From NCBI RefSeq assembly GCF_009914755.1, contig NC_060928.1: DNA of 64,000 nucleotides; one strand, written 5' to 3'. A program made the position numbers and the translations under genes. Positions 29,609 through 40,800 of this stretch are shown here, piece by piece. This stretch comes from the human T2T-CHM13v2.0 reference genome, Homo sapiens. Below the pieces are notes generated by a model. That model was not told where the DNA came from and did not search any database. It saw only the letters and a program-made list of their open reading frames with translations. Position 1 is the stretch's first letter; the number at the start of each line of letters is the position of its first letter.

Positions 29609-31815
29609 CTAGTGATTTTCTTCCATCTATCATTCTTCCTAAATTGCTTTTCTTCATTTCTCACTGGTAACCACTTTCAACTTGTGAAATAATATATTTT
29701 GTCAATCATCTTTATATTTATAAATATAAAAGGTAATTTCATTACTTGTTAATATTTTGGAGTTACATATTATCAAGTGGCATTTCAAAATCAATGATCA
29801 ATATTTTGATCACTTATAGTAATTATCCTTTTTCTCCATTTCCACCTATCACACACACTCACGTTAATGTCCTCTCTACCTTCAATATAATTAACTCTTA
29901 AATTTTATGTAGTTTAATATTTATTGTTAACAATATCAGGATTAGATGAATATTATTATTCACAGTTAAGTTATGTAGAATACTATAATTAAAACACCTT
30001 TGTTATGTAAATATTTCTTTACTCTAAATTTAATAACGGTCTTCTGTTGTTGTTCATTTAATTTTAACCTACCATCATCTTAGATCCAAATTTTACTAGG
30101 GATTAAAATCTTCTCTTGATGTAGCCAAACAGACTAAGTAGACTATAATATTCTACTTTTCTTGAAGACATCAGAGCTCTTGATCCTACTTCCTGCTTAT
30201 CTCTGGAAATGCAGCATCAAACATAATGCATTATCATTTTTTCTTTTATTTTCTGATATTCCCAACTTCATCATTTTGTTTACCAACTCATTGGGATAGA
30301 AAAATTATTCCAATAGTTTTTTGAAGAGCACCACATGGGAAATAAATGGGCATTTTGCATATCGAAAAATGGTTGATTGGTTCTCATTTTGGTTTTGTAT
30401 AATATTATTGGTTGGACTTCCTTTTTCTCAGAACTAAAAAGGCATTGCTGTATTTTCTTCTGTTTCAGTGTTGCCATTTCACAAGTCCTCCAGTGCCATT
30501 CTGTATATTAAATATGATTTTCTAAAAGACACTAGATGATTTTAGCTCATATTTGTCTTAAATTTTATAAAATTTTCAAATAAGTGACTTTATTGATTTT
30601 TCCCTTTCATTGTGATAGGCACACTATCAGTTCTTGCATGTCTCATGTCCATTTGTTTGTGCGTGTATGTGCATATGTGCACGCATGTGGGTATTTAACA
30701 TACTTCCTGTCATTTTCACGGTCATAAGTTTTTGAAGTTTCTATTTTCACATGTTGCAATGACTAGACCGAACCATAATATTGATATCATTGCTATATCA
30801 TTTCATCTCTCTTATTTTCAATGTTTACTCTTTGAGTAAGACATCACCTTTATCTTCAAACTCTTCTTTTTTTTTATTTTAAGAGTTCTTTTTGTTATAC
30901 TAATGGTAATTTTATATCCATTTGCTCTCATTTTATGATTGCAATATCTTTTTCTATATTTCAAGTATATTAATTAGTCCTTTTATTTGAGGTTTATCAT
31001 CACTTCCTTCCCACTCTATTTCTTGCAAGTTACTATTTTTTCTTTATCTATATTGCCCTTCATTTTATATGTTAGTGGCTTTTCTTAGTGATCCTTTGAG
31101 CCCCTTGAATTTTTCTATTAAATTTTGCATTTATTACCATATAGATATTTTCCCAATAAATACTTTTTTCTAGTCTTATTCCTAGTGACACAAATCCAGC
31201 TTCTATCTTTCTGTAACTCATTGTTGTCAACTTTATTTAATCCTGTGTCTTCTCTATGTGCCTTTCCTTCAGCTGTCCCTGATGTCTCTAATTTCAGAGT
31301 TCAGTTAAAATTTAAATTGAAACTTTCAGAGAGTAAAATATTAATACTAGGCTTGGGTTGGTGACAGAATGTGAGATTTTAAGCATTTCAATTTTTATTT
31401 TTATTTTAGCTATACATGTATCCAGTATAGTGTCACCTATTTTTTTTTTTCTTTTTTACCTTTACTTCTCTTGCAGTAACAGTTAGAAAACAGTTTTTGT
31501 TATTGCCAGCTTAAGTATTTCAGGTTTTAGTTTTCTCTGGTAGGCTAAGCCAGTTTAAATTTGTCTGTCTGCTTTTCATGGTTTAAAGTGTTTTCTTTAT
31601 GTTTCTTTGTCTATGAATAATTTTTAAATTTAATTAAATTGTATTTGAGTTTCTGGTGGTTATCAATGTAAATTAATGTGTTTGATTAGCCACAATTAAT
31701 TGAAACTGAGACAATACTTAGAAAAAAATGTATGCTGTCATCAACCAAACTATACCTAATCTCCCTTTTTGTGGCACTATATGTAGATTTTTTGTTTGTT
31801 TGTTTGTTTGATTTT

Positions 31816-32667
31816 GTAGAAGGTTGAATAATACCCATGCATAGATATCAGGTCCTAATCCATGGAAATAGTAAATGTTATCTTATAGGAAAAAATGATT
31901 CCTTCAGACATAATTAAGTTTAATATTTTGACATTAGAAGATTATTTTGGATTATCCAAGTGGTCCCTAAATACAGTCACTGGAACCTTATAAGAGAGAA
32001 CCAAAGGGGGTTGTGAATAAGAGAAAAGAGTAGAAGATACTCTGCTATGGTTTAGATTTGTGTCCCTGCCCATATCTCATGTCAAATTTTAATCCTCAAT
32101 GTTGGAGAAGGGGCCTGGTGGGAGGTAATTGGATCATGGGGGCGAACTTCCCCCTTGCTGTTCTCGTGATCGTGAGTAAGTTCAAATGAGATATGGTTGT
32201 TTAAAAGTGTGTAGCACCTCTCCCTTCTCTCTCTTCCTCCTGCTCCAGCCATGTAGGACATGTCTGCTTCCCCTTTACCTTCTGCCATAATTCTAAGTTT
32301 CCTGAGGCTTCCTGTATAGTCTGTGGAACCATGAGCCAATTAAACCTCTTTTCTTTATAAATTACTGAGTCTCAGGGAGTTTTCTACAGCAATGAGAGAA
32401 TGTACTAATACATACACAGAGTGAAAAGATGTTGTAAAGCCAGAAGCAGGAATTGGTGTAATGAAAGAAAGTAATCCAGCAGCTGCAAGAAGCATAGTAT
32501 GGAATCTCTGTTAAAGCCTGAAGAGGAAGGATGGTTCTGTGAACACATTGATTTTAGCTTAGTGAAATTGATATTTGATGTCTGACCTCAGGAACAATTA
32601 GAGAATTTCTGCTGTTTACTACCATGTTTGTGGTTATTTGTTACAACAGCTACAGAAAATGAATACA
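31816..32667 (+). mobile_element. MLT1C/D LTR with a nested MSTB LTR (32043-32412)
   Basis: MLT1 start TGTAGAAGGTTGAATAAT...GGATTATCCAAGTGGTCCCTAAAT and end ACAGAAAATGAATACA; MSTB TGCTATGGTTT...CTAATACA with 4/5 TSD. Confidence 0.85.
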
Positions 32668-33004
32668 TTTCCCATGTATCTAGACATTGAATTTGTCTCT
32701 CTTCAAAAATTTTAGGAAAAGTAGATAGAATTTTATAATAGTAAAACATATCATGTTTCTAAGTAGCTAGACTACCTACATAAACTATCTCCAAATTAGG
32801 TTGGATGCAGTGCAAATCAAAATTTTACCATGAACTTATAAAGGATTCTAAGATTTTTTTAAGACTAAAAATAGAAAGACTAGCTCAAAACATCTTGAAT
32901 AAGATTAGCTTATACAACTGCTGTAAGAACAGGGATTACGTCTTGTGATAATATCTTCCTTGTAACATTCTGCAAATATTGTTGAATGAATAAAGAATGA
33001 GAAG

Positions 33005-33616
33005 TGTGACAAGGAGTATTCTAGGATGACACCCAAGATTTTAGACCCCTGGTATATGTGCCCTGTATTATTCCCTTCTCTTGAGTGTGGGTGAGACTTG
33101 TGAATAAGTTATGATTTTACTCCCAGAATTAGGTTACTAACCAGTGGACTTTTAGTTAATCAAAAGGGATGACTGTCTTAGATAAACCTGAAATGCTTAG
33201 TTGAGCCCTTAAATGAGGGACCAGACTCTTCCTAAAGAGAAACTTTTAAAGCAACAGATTCTCTAGAGCTAACTTTCAAGAAGCTAACTATTACGTTGTG
33301 CAGTAGACCATGTGGTAAGAACCTGAGGGGGTGCTCTAGGACCTGAGAGCCACAAGAAAATGGGGATCTCATGTCCATAACCACAGGGAACTAGATTCTG
33401 TCTACGTGTAAAAGAGCATGGAAACTGATTATTTCTTAATCAAGCCACCAGGTAAGAGTGCAGTATAGCAAAAACCTTGTGATTTTAGCCTTCTAGAATG
33501 CTGAGCAGAAGACCTCGTTGATAAATGCACAAACACATGTCCTACAAAACTTTGAGATAATAAACTAAGTTACTAAGTTTGTGGTGATTTGGGACACAGC
33601 AACAGACAACTAACAA
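33005..33616 (+). mobile_element. MLT1E-like LTR
   Basis: TTCTAGGATGACACCCAAGATTTTAGACCCCTGGTATATGTGCCCTGTATTATTCCCTTCTCTTGAGTGTGGGTGAGACTTGTGAATA. Confidence 0.75.
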
Positions 33617-33664
33617 AAGAAAAGACTTTCTCAAGTCTATATTAAATATATCATAACTTCCTTA

Positions 33665-33871
33665 TTTTTTTTTTTTTTTTTTGAGACGGAGTCTCGCTCT
33701 GTCTCCCAGGCTGGAGTGCAGTGGTGCAATCTCGCTCACTCCAATGTTTGCCTCCCAGGTTCAAGCAATTCTCCTGCCTCAGCCTCCCAAGTAGCTGGGA
33801 CTACAGGCATGTGCCACCAAGCCTGGCTAATTTTTTTTGTATTTTTAGTAGAGATGGGGTTTTACCATATT
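33665..33871 (-). mobile_element. Truncated AluS
   Basis: Poly(T), right arm and part of left arm; no TSD evident. Confidence 0.9.
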
Positions 33872-34047
33872 AAATAATTAAAATAGATTTTTCTTGCATA
33901 AGTTTCAATCTGTAGATTGATAGCTCTAATTAGATACCACAGAAATAGACATAATTTATGTATCCAAATTTTATGTATAAAAAATCTACATTATCGGCTA
34001 GATAAAAAATATCATGTACTTAATAAATGGTTCAAGATATTTCTCCT

Positions 34048-34496
34048 TGTGAACTTGTACTAACTCAATTCTTTCCCCTTTCTCACTTATAATTCTGAAG
34101 AATAACTGTAGCATGTGCTGGGAATGCAACATCTGAGATATGGAGGGACAGTCTAGAATAGCCTGGGCTCTGTTCCAGTCACCCCCAGCAACAGGATGCC
34201 CTTCAGTGCTTTAACTTCATAGGTCACATCATCCCAGAGTATCAAATCCAGGGTGGGCTGCTCTCCAGTGTCCCTCAGTTGTGGTGCAAGTGGGACAGAT
34301 GCAGTTGAGACTTTATCTGCTTTAGACAGCTTTTCTGAGCCTTGGGGGACAGGCTCACCATAAATCCTAGGCATCTGTTGTCCCTCTCTGCCAATCAGTG
34401 AGTAATAAATGCACTTTACATAACGTGTGTGCATGGGTCTTCTGTCTCACCAAACTCAACAAGTTGATAACCAATACACAGTGAACCTGCTTCACA
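34048..34496 (+). mobile_element. ERVL-class solo LTR (LTR47/LTR32-like, uncertain)
   Basis: TGTGAA...TTCACA termini; GGGAATGCAACATCTGAGATA; AATAAA at ~34404. Confidence 0.65.
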
Positions 34497-34750
34497 AATA
34501 GCATTAGAATTTCTTATCTTTTTTGACATGTAAAAGAGTAGCTAATTACATGGTATATTCTAAAATATATTCTAGATCCATCAATAATTTAAATGAAAGA
34601 AATAAATTGACAAAACTAGAGGAAAATAAATATAGGCTTTTTTTTCTGATTTCAGAAAAGTAAAACATTTTCCATGCATGATATTATTTGGAGAACTCCT
34701 GAAGAGAATACATGCAATTGTGCTACTATGTCTATTTTGGAACAAGATTA

Positions 34751-35116
<366 letters not shown>

Positions 35117-35142
35117 TCAAAGTGTCAAAAACTTTTGTTGGT

Positions 35143-35520
35143 ATTTTATTTTATTTTATTTTACATTTAGAGAGTACACGTGAAGATTTGTTACACGGAC
35201 ATATTAATGGTGAGGTTTGGGCTTCTAGAGGACCCATGACTCAAACAATGAACACTGTACCCAATAGGTAATTTTAAAAGCCTCACCCTGCCTCATACCT
35301 TCCCTGCTTTTGGAGTCCTTAGTGTCAATTATTTCCATCTTTATGTCCATGTGTACCCATGTTCAGTTGCCACTTATCAGTGAGAACATGAGGCATTTGA
35401 ACATGTGTCCTCCACATCCATCTATGTTGTTGCAAAAGACATAATTTTATTCTTTTTTAAGGCTGTGTAATATTCCATGGGGTATATTTAACACATTTTA
35501 TTTACCCAGTCAACCATCAC
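35143..35520 (-). mobile_element. L1 3'UTR fragment (old L1PA/L1PB)
   Basis: (TTTTA)n tail; similar to 24712-25110. Confidence 0.8.
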
Positions 35521-36395
35521 AGCATCACAAAGGGGGAACTATGAGAACACATTTAAGATAAGTGAAGATATGTATTGAATATAACACCAATTGCACATGC
35601 CACATAAAAACATGGACAAATAGCCTTGTAAGACATATGAATCATAACCTACCCCAATTATAACCCTTTCTAAGCAAACTGCTGCACCCACTGCTTTATA
35701 TCATAATTGTCTTATAGTCTGTTTGTGCTCCACTCCAAAGCCATAAAGACTGGACTAGCGATTAATACCTAAATCAATGATTTGGCAATTATTTTATGGT
35801 CTGCCAAAATAGAAAATTTATAACAGTTAAATTCTTTTTTACAAATTTCACCTGCAAGCCAGACTTTTGTCTCATATGAAAGGTCTGGGTCTGCCATTTC
35901 ATGATTTTTGTTGTATGTAACAAATAAGGAGAGAGAGGACATAATAAAGAAAGGTGAAGATAAAGAAACAGAAGAGAACAGAAAAGAAAAAGGGAATAAT
36001 GGATATGAGAAGAGAAGGAAAGAGGCAAATAGAAAGATAGGCTTGAACACACAGGATCTGAGATTTACAAAGCAGTGAGTGACTATGCTATACAGAGATG
36101 TAGAGCAGAAAGGAAGGCACCCAGCTAAGAAGATGAGGATGATGCACTCATTGTATCTGTGGAATAAGAAGTGGGCATGTAAAGATTGAGACCATGTAAT
36201 GTGAGAGAGCAAAAAAATGGCCCTGCCTACAGTGATCTCGTACTGGAAAGTTCTATTTAGAAGTTATTTTTCTGAGCGACAAAATGTAGAAGGCATCATA
36301 AAATATGAGGAATGGTGTTAACCCTTACTTGGTAATCAGTGTTCTTAATTGTGTTACGGGAAACACCCTAGAAGGTAATATAAAGCTTGTTTATT

Positions 36396-36697
36396 AGCAG
36401 GGTGCTGTGGCTCACACCTGTAATCCCTGCATTTTGGGAGGTCGAGGTGGGAGGATTGCTTGAGCCCATGAGATTGAGACCAGCCTTGGCAACAAAGTAA
36501 GACCTAGTCTCCACAGAAAAATTAAAAAATTAGCTGTGTGTAATGGTGCTCACCTGTAGTCTTAGCTACTTGGGAGATAGAGGCAGGAGGATCACTTGAG
36601 CCCAGGTCGGGCCTGCAGTGAGCCACATTCATACCACCAAACTTCAGCCTGGATGACAAAGTGAGACCCTGCATTCAAAAAGGGGAAGAAAAAAAAA
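36396..36697 (+). mobile_element. AluJ
   Basis: GGGAGGATTGCTTGAGCCC and GGAGGATCACTTGAGCCC; no matching 3' TSD. Confidence 0.9.
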
Positions 36698-36798
36698 TCT
36701 ACACATACTGACACAAAAAGGGAGATTAGGTTTAGTTTGGTTGATGACAGAATACAGTTTTTTCTAAGTATTGTCTCAGTCTCAATTAATTGTAGCTA
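36692..36798 (-). repeat. Inverted ~107-bp copy of 31687-31793
   Basis: Reverse complement aligns end to end (CAATTAATTGA.ACTGAGACAATACTTAGAAAAAA...CTGTCATCAACCAAACTA.ACCTAATCTCCCTTTTTGTG). Confidence 0.92.
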
Positions 36799-37087
36799 GC
36801 AGTTTATTTTGTTAATCATTTCAAAAAACCAGCTCCTGGATTCTCTGATTTTTTGAAGGTTTTTTTGTGTCTCTATCTCCTTCAGTTCTGTTCTGATCTT
36901 AGTTATTTCTTGTCCTCTGCTAGCTTTTGAATTTGTTTGCTCTTGCTTCTCTAGTTCTTTTAATTGTGATGTGAGGGTGTCTATTTTAGATCTTTCCTGC
37001 TTTATCCTGTGGGCATTTAGTGCTAAAATTTCCCTCTAAACACTGCATTTGCTGTGTCCCAGCGATTCTGATACGTTGTGTCTTTGA

Positions 37088-37236
37088 GAATAATGGATAT
37101 GCGAAGAGAAGGAAAGAGGCAAATAGAAAGATAGGCTTGAACAGACTGGATCTGAGATTTACGAAGCAGTGAGTGACTGTGCTAAGAGGAGGTTAGAGCA
37201 GAAAGGAAGGCATCCAGCTAAGAAGATCAGGAGATG
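37088..37236 (+). repeat. Direct ~150-bp copy of 35994-36144 inserted in L1 ORF2
   Basis: GAATAATGGATATG.GAAGAGAAGGAAAGAGGCAAATAGAAAGATAGGCTTGAACA...CCAGCTAAGAAGAT present at both places. Confidence 0.95.
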
Positions 37237-37671
37237 TTATCTTGTTGATCCAGAACACCATGGCATCCTCAAGGTCATACGGAAGTTCCTTCGAGGCACT
37301 GAATGTTGAGAAGTGCTTGACACTGGCCACCACCTTCTCAATGCTGATCATATCCATGGTATAGGCCATCATCAGGGCATCCACCATCACCATGTGGGCA
37401 CTCATCATTATGGGTGCACGACTGAGGTCAGACTCTGTCATGGGGGTTTCGTTACCCTCCATCACATAGATCTCTTTCCAGGCCAGGGCCTGGAAGACAG
37501 ACTGGTGTCCCAGTAAGGTGGCCACCTGGTCCCCTTTCAGAATAAGGCTGCAGATGTGGCAGTACAGCTCGCTGGACAGGAGAAGCTTGATAACAGGCAG
37601 CTTAATGTGCTCCTGCTCATATTGGTTGACGTAGAAAGGGTCTCTGAGGTCCTTGGGGATGTTATCTTGTT
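37233..37671 (-). pseudogene. CAMSAP1: CAMSAP1 retro-fragment (exons 2-3, intronless) with back-splice-junction sequence at both ends; probable circCAMSAP1-derived pseudogene
   Basis: Open frame DNIPKDLRDPFYVNQYEQEHIKLPVIKLLLSSELYC...SKELPYDLEDAMVFWINK matches the recalled CAMSAP1 N-terminal region; GATGTTATCTTGTT repeats at 37233 and 37658, 425 nt apart. Confidence 0.9.
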
Positions 37672-37811
37672 CAAGGGCACTACAGCTTGCATTGTGTATC
37701 AGGAGCAGAAATCCAGTCCCTTCTCACTCTAGTTGAGTATCAGTACATTCCACCAACAGGCACTATACACAGCCAGGAATATCAAAGATTCCAGGAATCC
37801 AGTTTATAGTC
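37664..37811 (-). pseudogene. ZNF483: Probable ZNF483 5'UTR and start-codon fragment fused to the CAMSAP1 piece
   Basis: ATG at 37692 reads MQAVVPLNK, matching the recalled ZNF483 N-terminus MQAVVPLNKMTAISPE; preceded by acceptor-like TTTCTTTCTGCAG|G at 37811. Identity rests on 9 codons from memory. Confidence 0.65.
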
Positions 37812-37820
37812 CTGCAGAAA

Positions 37821-37855
37821 GAAACCAATGACTGCAGTTTACAGTCATTGGTTTC
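37821..37855. other. Perfect 14-bp inverted repeat (fold-back) at the insert/L1 junction
   Basis: GAAACCAATGACTG (37821-37834) / CAGTCATTGGTTTC (37842-37855), 7-nt spacer. Confidence 0.95.
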
Positions 37856-40800
37856 AAAGAACTAATTTATTTCTGCCTTAATTTAATTATCTACCCAGTA
37901 GTCATTCAGGAGCAGGTTGTTCAATTTCCATGTAGTTTGTGGTTTCAAGTGAAATTCTTAATCCTGAGTTCTAATTTCATTCTGCTGTGGTCTGAGAGAC
38001 TGTTTGTTATGATTTCCATTCTTTTACATTTGCTGAGGAGTGTTTTACTTTCAATTATGTGGTCAATTTTAGATTAAGTGTGATGTGGTTCTGAGAAGAA
38101 TGTATATTCTGTTGATTTGAGGTCAAGAGTTCTCTAGATGTCTATTAGGTCTGCTTGGTCCAGAGCTGAGTTCAAGTCCTGAATATCCTTGCTAATTTTG
38201 TGTCTTGTTGATCTATCTATTATGGAAAGTGGGGTGTTAAAGTCTCCCACTATTACTGTGTTGGAGTCTAAGCCTTTTTGTAGGTCTCTAAGAACTTGCT
38301 TTATGAATTCGGGTGTTCCTGTATTGGGTGAATACATATTTAGGATAGTGAGCTCTTGTTGCACTGATCCCTTTACCATTATGTAATGCCATTCTTTGTC
38401 TTTTTTCATCTTTGTTGGCTTAAAGTCTGTTTTATCAGAGACTAGAATTGCAACCCCTGCTATTTTTGCTTTCCATTTGCTTGGTAAATATTACTCCATC
38501 CTTTATTTTGAGCCTGTATGTGTCTTTGCACGTGAGATGGGTCTCCTGAATACAGCACACCGATGGGTCTTGACTCTTTATCCAATTTGCCAGCCTGCAT
38601 CTTTTAATTGGGGCATTTAGCCCATTTACATTTAAGGTTAATATTGTTATGTATAAATTTGATCCTGTCATCATGATGCTAGCTGGTTATTTTGCACATT
38701 AGTTGATGCAGTTTCTACATAATGTCATTGATCTTTGTATTTTGGCATGTTTTTGCAGTGGCTGGTACTGGTTTTTCCTTTCTATATTTAGTGCTTCCTT
38801 CAGGAGCTCTTGTAATGCAGGCCTGGTGGTGACAAAATCCCTCAACATTTGCTTGTCTGTAAAGGATTTTTTTTTTTTTTCGCTTATGAAGCTTAGTTTG
38901 GCTGGATATGAAATTCTGGATTCAAAATTATTTTCTTTAAGAATGTTGAATATTGGCCACCACTCTCTTCTGGCTTGTAGGGTTTCTGCAGAGAGATTGC
39001 TGTTAGTCCGACGGGCTTCACTTTGTGGGTAAGTTGACATTTCTCTCTGGCTGCCTTTAACATTTTTTCCTTTGTTTCAACCTTGGTGAAGCTGACGATT
39101 ATGTATTTTGGTGTTGCTCTTCTCAAAGAGTATGTTAGTGGTCTTCTCTTTACTTCCTGAATTTGAACATTGACCTGCCTTGCTAAGTTGGGGAAGTTCT
39201 CCTGGATAATATCCTGAAGTGTGTTTCCAATTTGGTTCCATTCTCCCCGCCATTTTCAGGTACACCAATCAATCATAGATTTGCTCTTTTCACATAGTCC
39301 CATATTTCTTGAAGGCTTTTTTTTGTTCCTTTTTATTCTTTTTCCTCTAATCTTGTCTTCACGTTTTATTTCATTAAGTTTATCTTCAATCTCTGATATC
39401 CTTTCTTCTGCTTGATCAATTTGGCTATTGATACTTGTGTATGCTTCACGATGTTCTTGTGCTGTGTTTTTCAGCTCCATCAGGTCGTTTATGTTCTTCT
39501 CTAAACTAGTTATTCTAGTTAGCAATTCCTCCAAGATTTTTTCAAAGTTCTCAGCTTCCTTGCATTGGGTTAGAACATGCTCCTTTAGCTTGGAGGAGTT
39601 TGCTATTACCCGCCTTCTGAAGCCTACTTCTGTCAGTTCATCAAACTCATTCTCCGTCCAGTTTTGTTCCTTTGCTGTTGAGGAGTTGTGATCCTTTGGA
39701 GGAGAAGAGGCATTCAGGTTTTTGGAATTTTCAGCATTTTTGTGATGGTTTTTCCTCGTCTTCATGGATTTATCTAACTTTGATCTTTGATGCTGAGGCC
39801 CTTTGGATGGGGTTTTTCCATGGGCGTCTTTTTTGTTGATGTTGATGTTGATGTTGATGTTATTACTTTCTGTTTGTTAGTTTTCCTTCTAACAATCAGG
39901 TCCCTCTTCTGCAGTCTGCTGGAATTTGCTGGAGGCCCACTCCAGATCTGTTTGCCTGAGTATCACCAGCGGAGGATGCAGAACAGCAAAGATTGCTGCC
40001 TGCTCCTTCCTCTGGAAGCTTTGTCCTAGAGGGGAATTCACCAGATGTCAGCTGGAGCTGTTGTTGGCCCCCACCGGGAAGTGTCTCCCAGTCAGGAAGC
40101 ACAGGGGCCAGGGACCCACTTGAGCAGGCAGTCTGTCCGTTAGCAGGGCTTGAGCGCTGTGCTGGGAGATCCACTGCTCTCTTCAGAACTGGCATGAAGG
40201 AACATTTAAGCCTGCTGAAGCTGTGCCCACAGCCGCCTCCTCCCTCAGGTGCTTTGTCCCAGGGAGATGGGAGTTTTATCTCTAAGCCCCTGACTGGGGC
40301 TGCTGCCTTTCTTTCAGAGACACCTGGGCTCTGCTCAGTCCGAACTTCCCAGTAGCTTTGCTTACACTGTGAGTGGAAAACTGCCTACTTAAGCCTCAGA
40401 AACGGCGGACGCCCCTTCCCTCAAGAAGCTCCAATGTCCCAGGTTGACTTCGGACTGCTGTGTTGGCAGCAAGAGTTTCAAGCCAGTGGATCTTAGCTTG
40501 CCAGGCTCTGTGGGGGTGGGACCCACTGAGGAAGACCACCTGGCTACCTGGCTTCCACCCCCTTTTCAGGAGAGTGACTTGTTCTGTCTTGCTGGGGTCC
40601 CAGGCACCACTGAGGTATGAATAAAAACTCCTACAGCTAGCTTGCTGTTTGCTCAAATGGCAGTACAGTTTTGTGCTTGAAACCCAAGGCCCTGGTGGTG
40701 TAGGCACCCAAGGGAATCTCTTGGTCTGAGAGTTGCAAAATCCATGGGAAAAGCATAGTATCTGGGCTGGATAGCACCACCCCTCATGGCACAGTCCCTC

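Noticed and set aside
35769-36212. 147-aa hydrophobic ORF as a membrane protein
   Set aside because: It is the complement of a purine-rich low-complexity tract, has a non-ATG start and shows no recognisable domain.
37193-37525. 110-aa ORF as a functional CAMSAP-family gene
   Set aside because: GTG start in mid-domain, only two exons' worth of sequence, many CpG-type substitutions, embedded in an L1; it is a retro-fragment.
37233-37671. 14-bp direct repeat as an ordinary target-site duplication
   Set aside because: The repeat is made of the insert's own exon-3-end and exon-2-start sequence, is not host L1 sequence, and has no adjacent poly(A).
38134-39765. L1 ORF1/ORF2 as intact CDS
   Set aside because: Split over several frames by frameshifts, and the RT region is absent.
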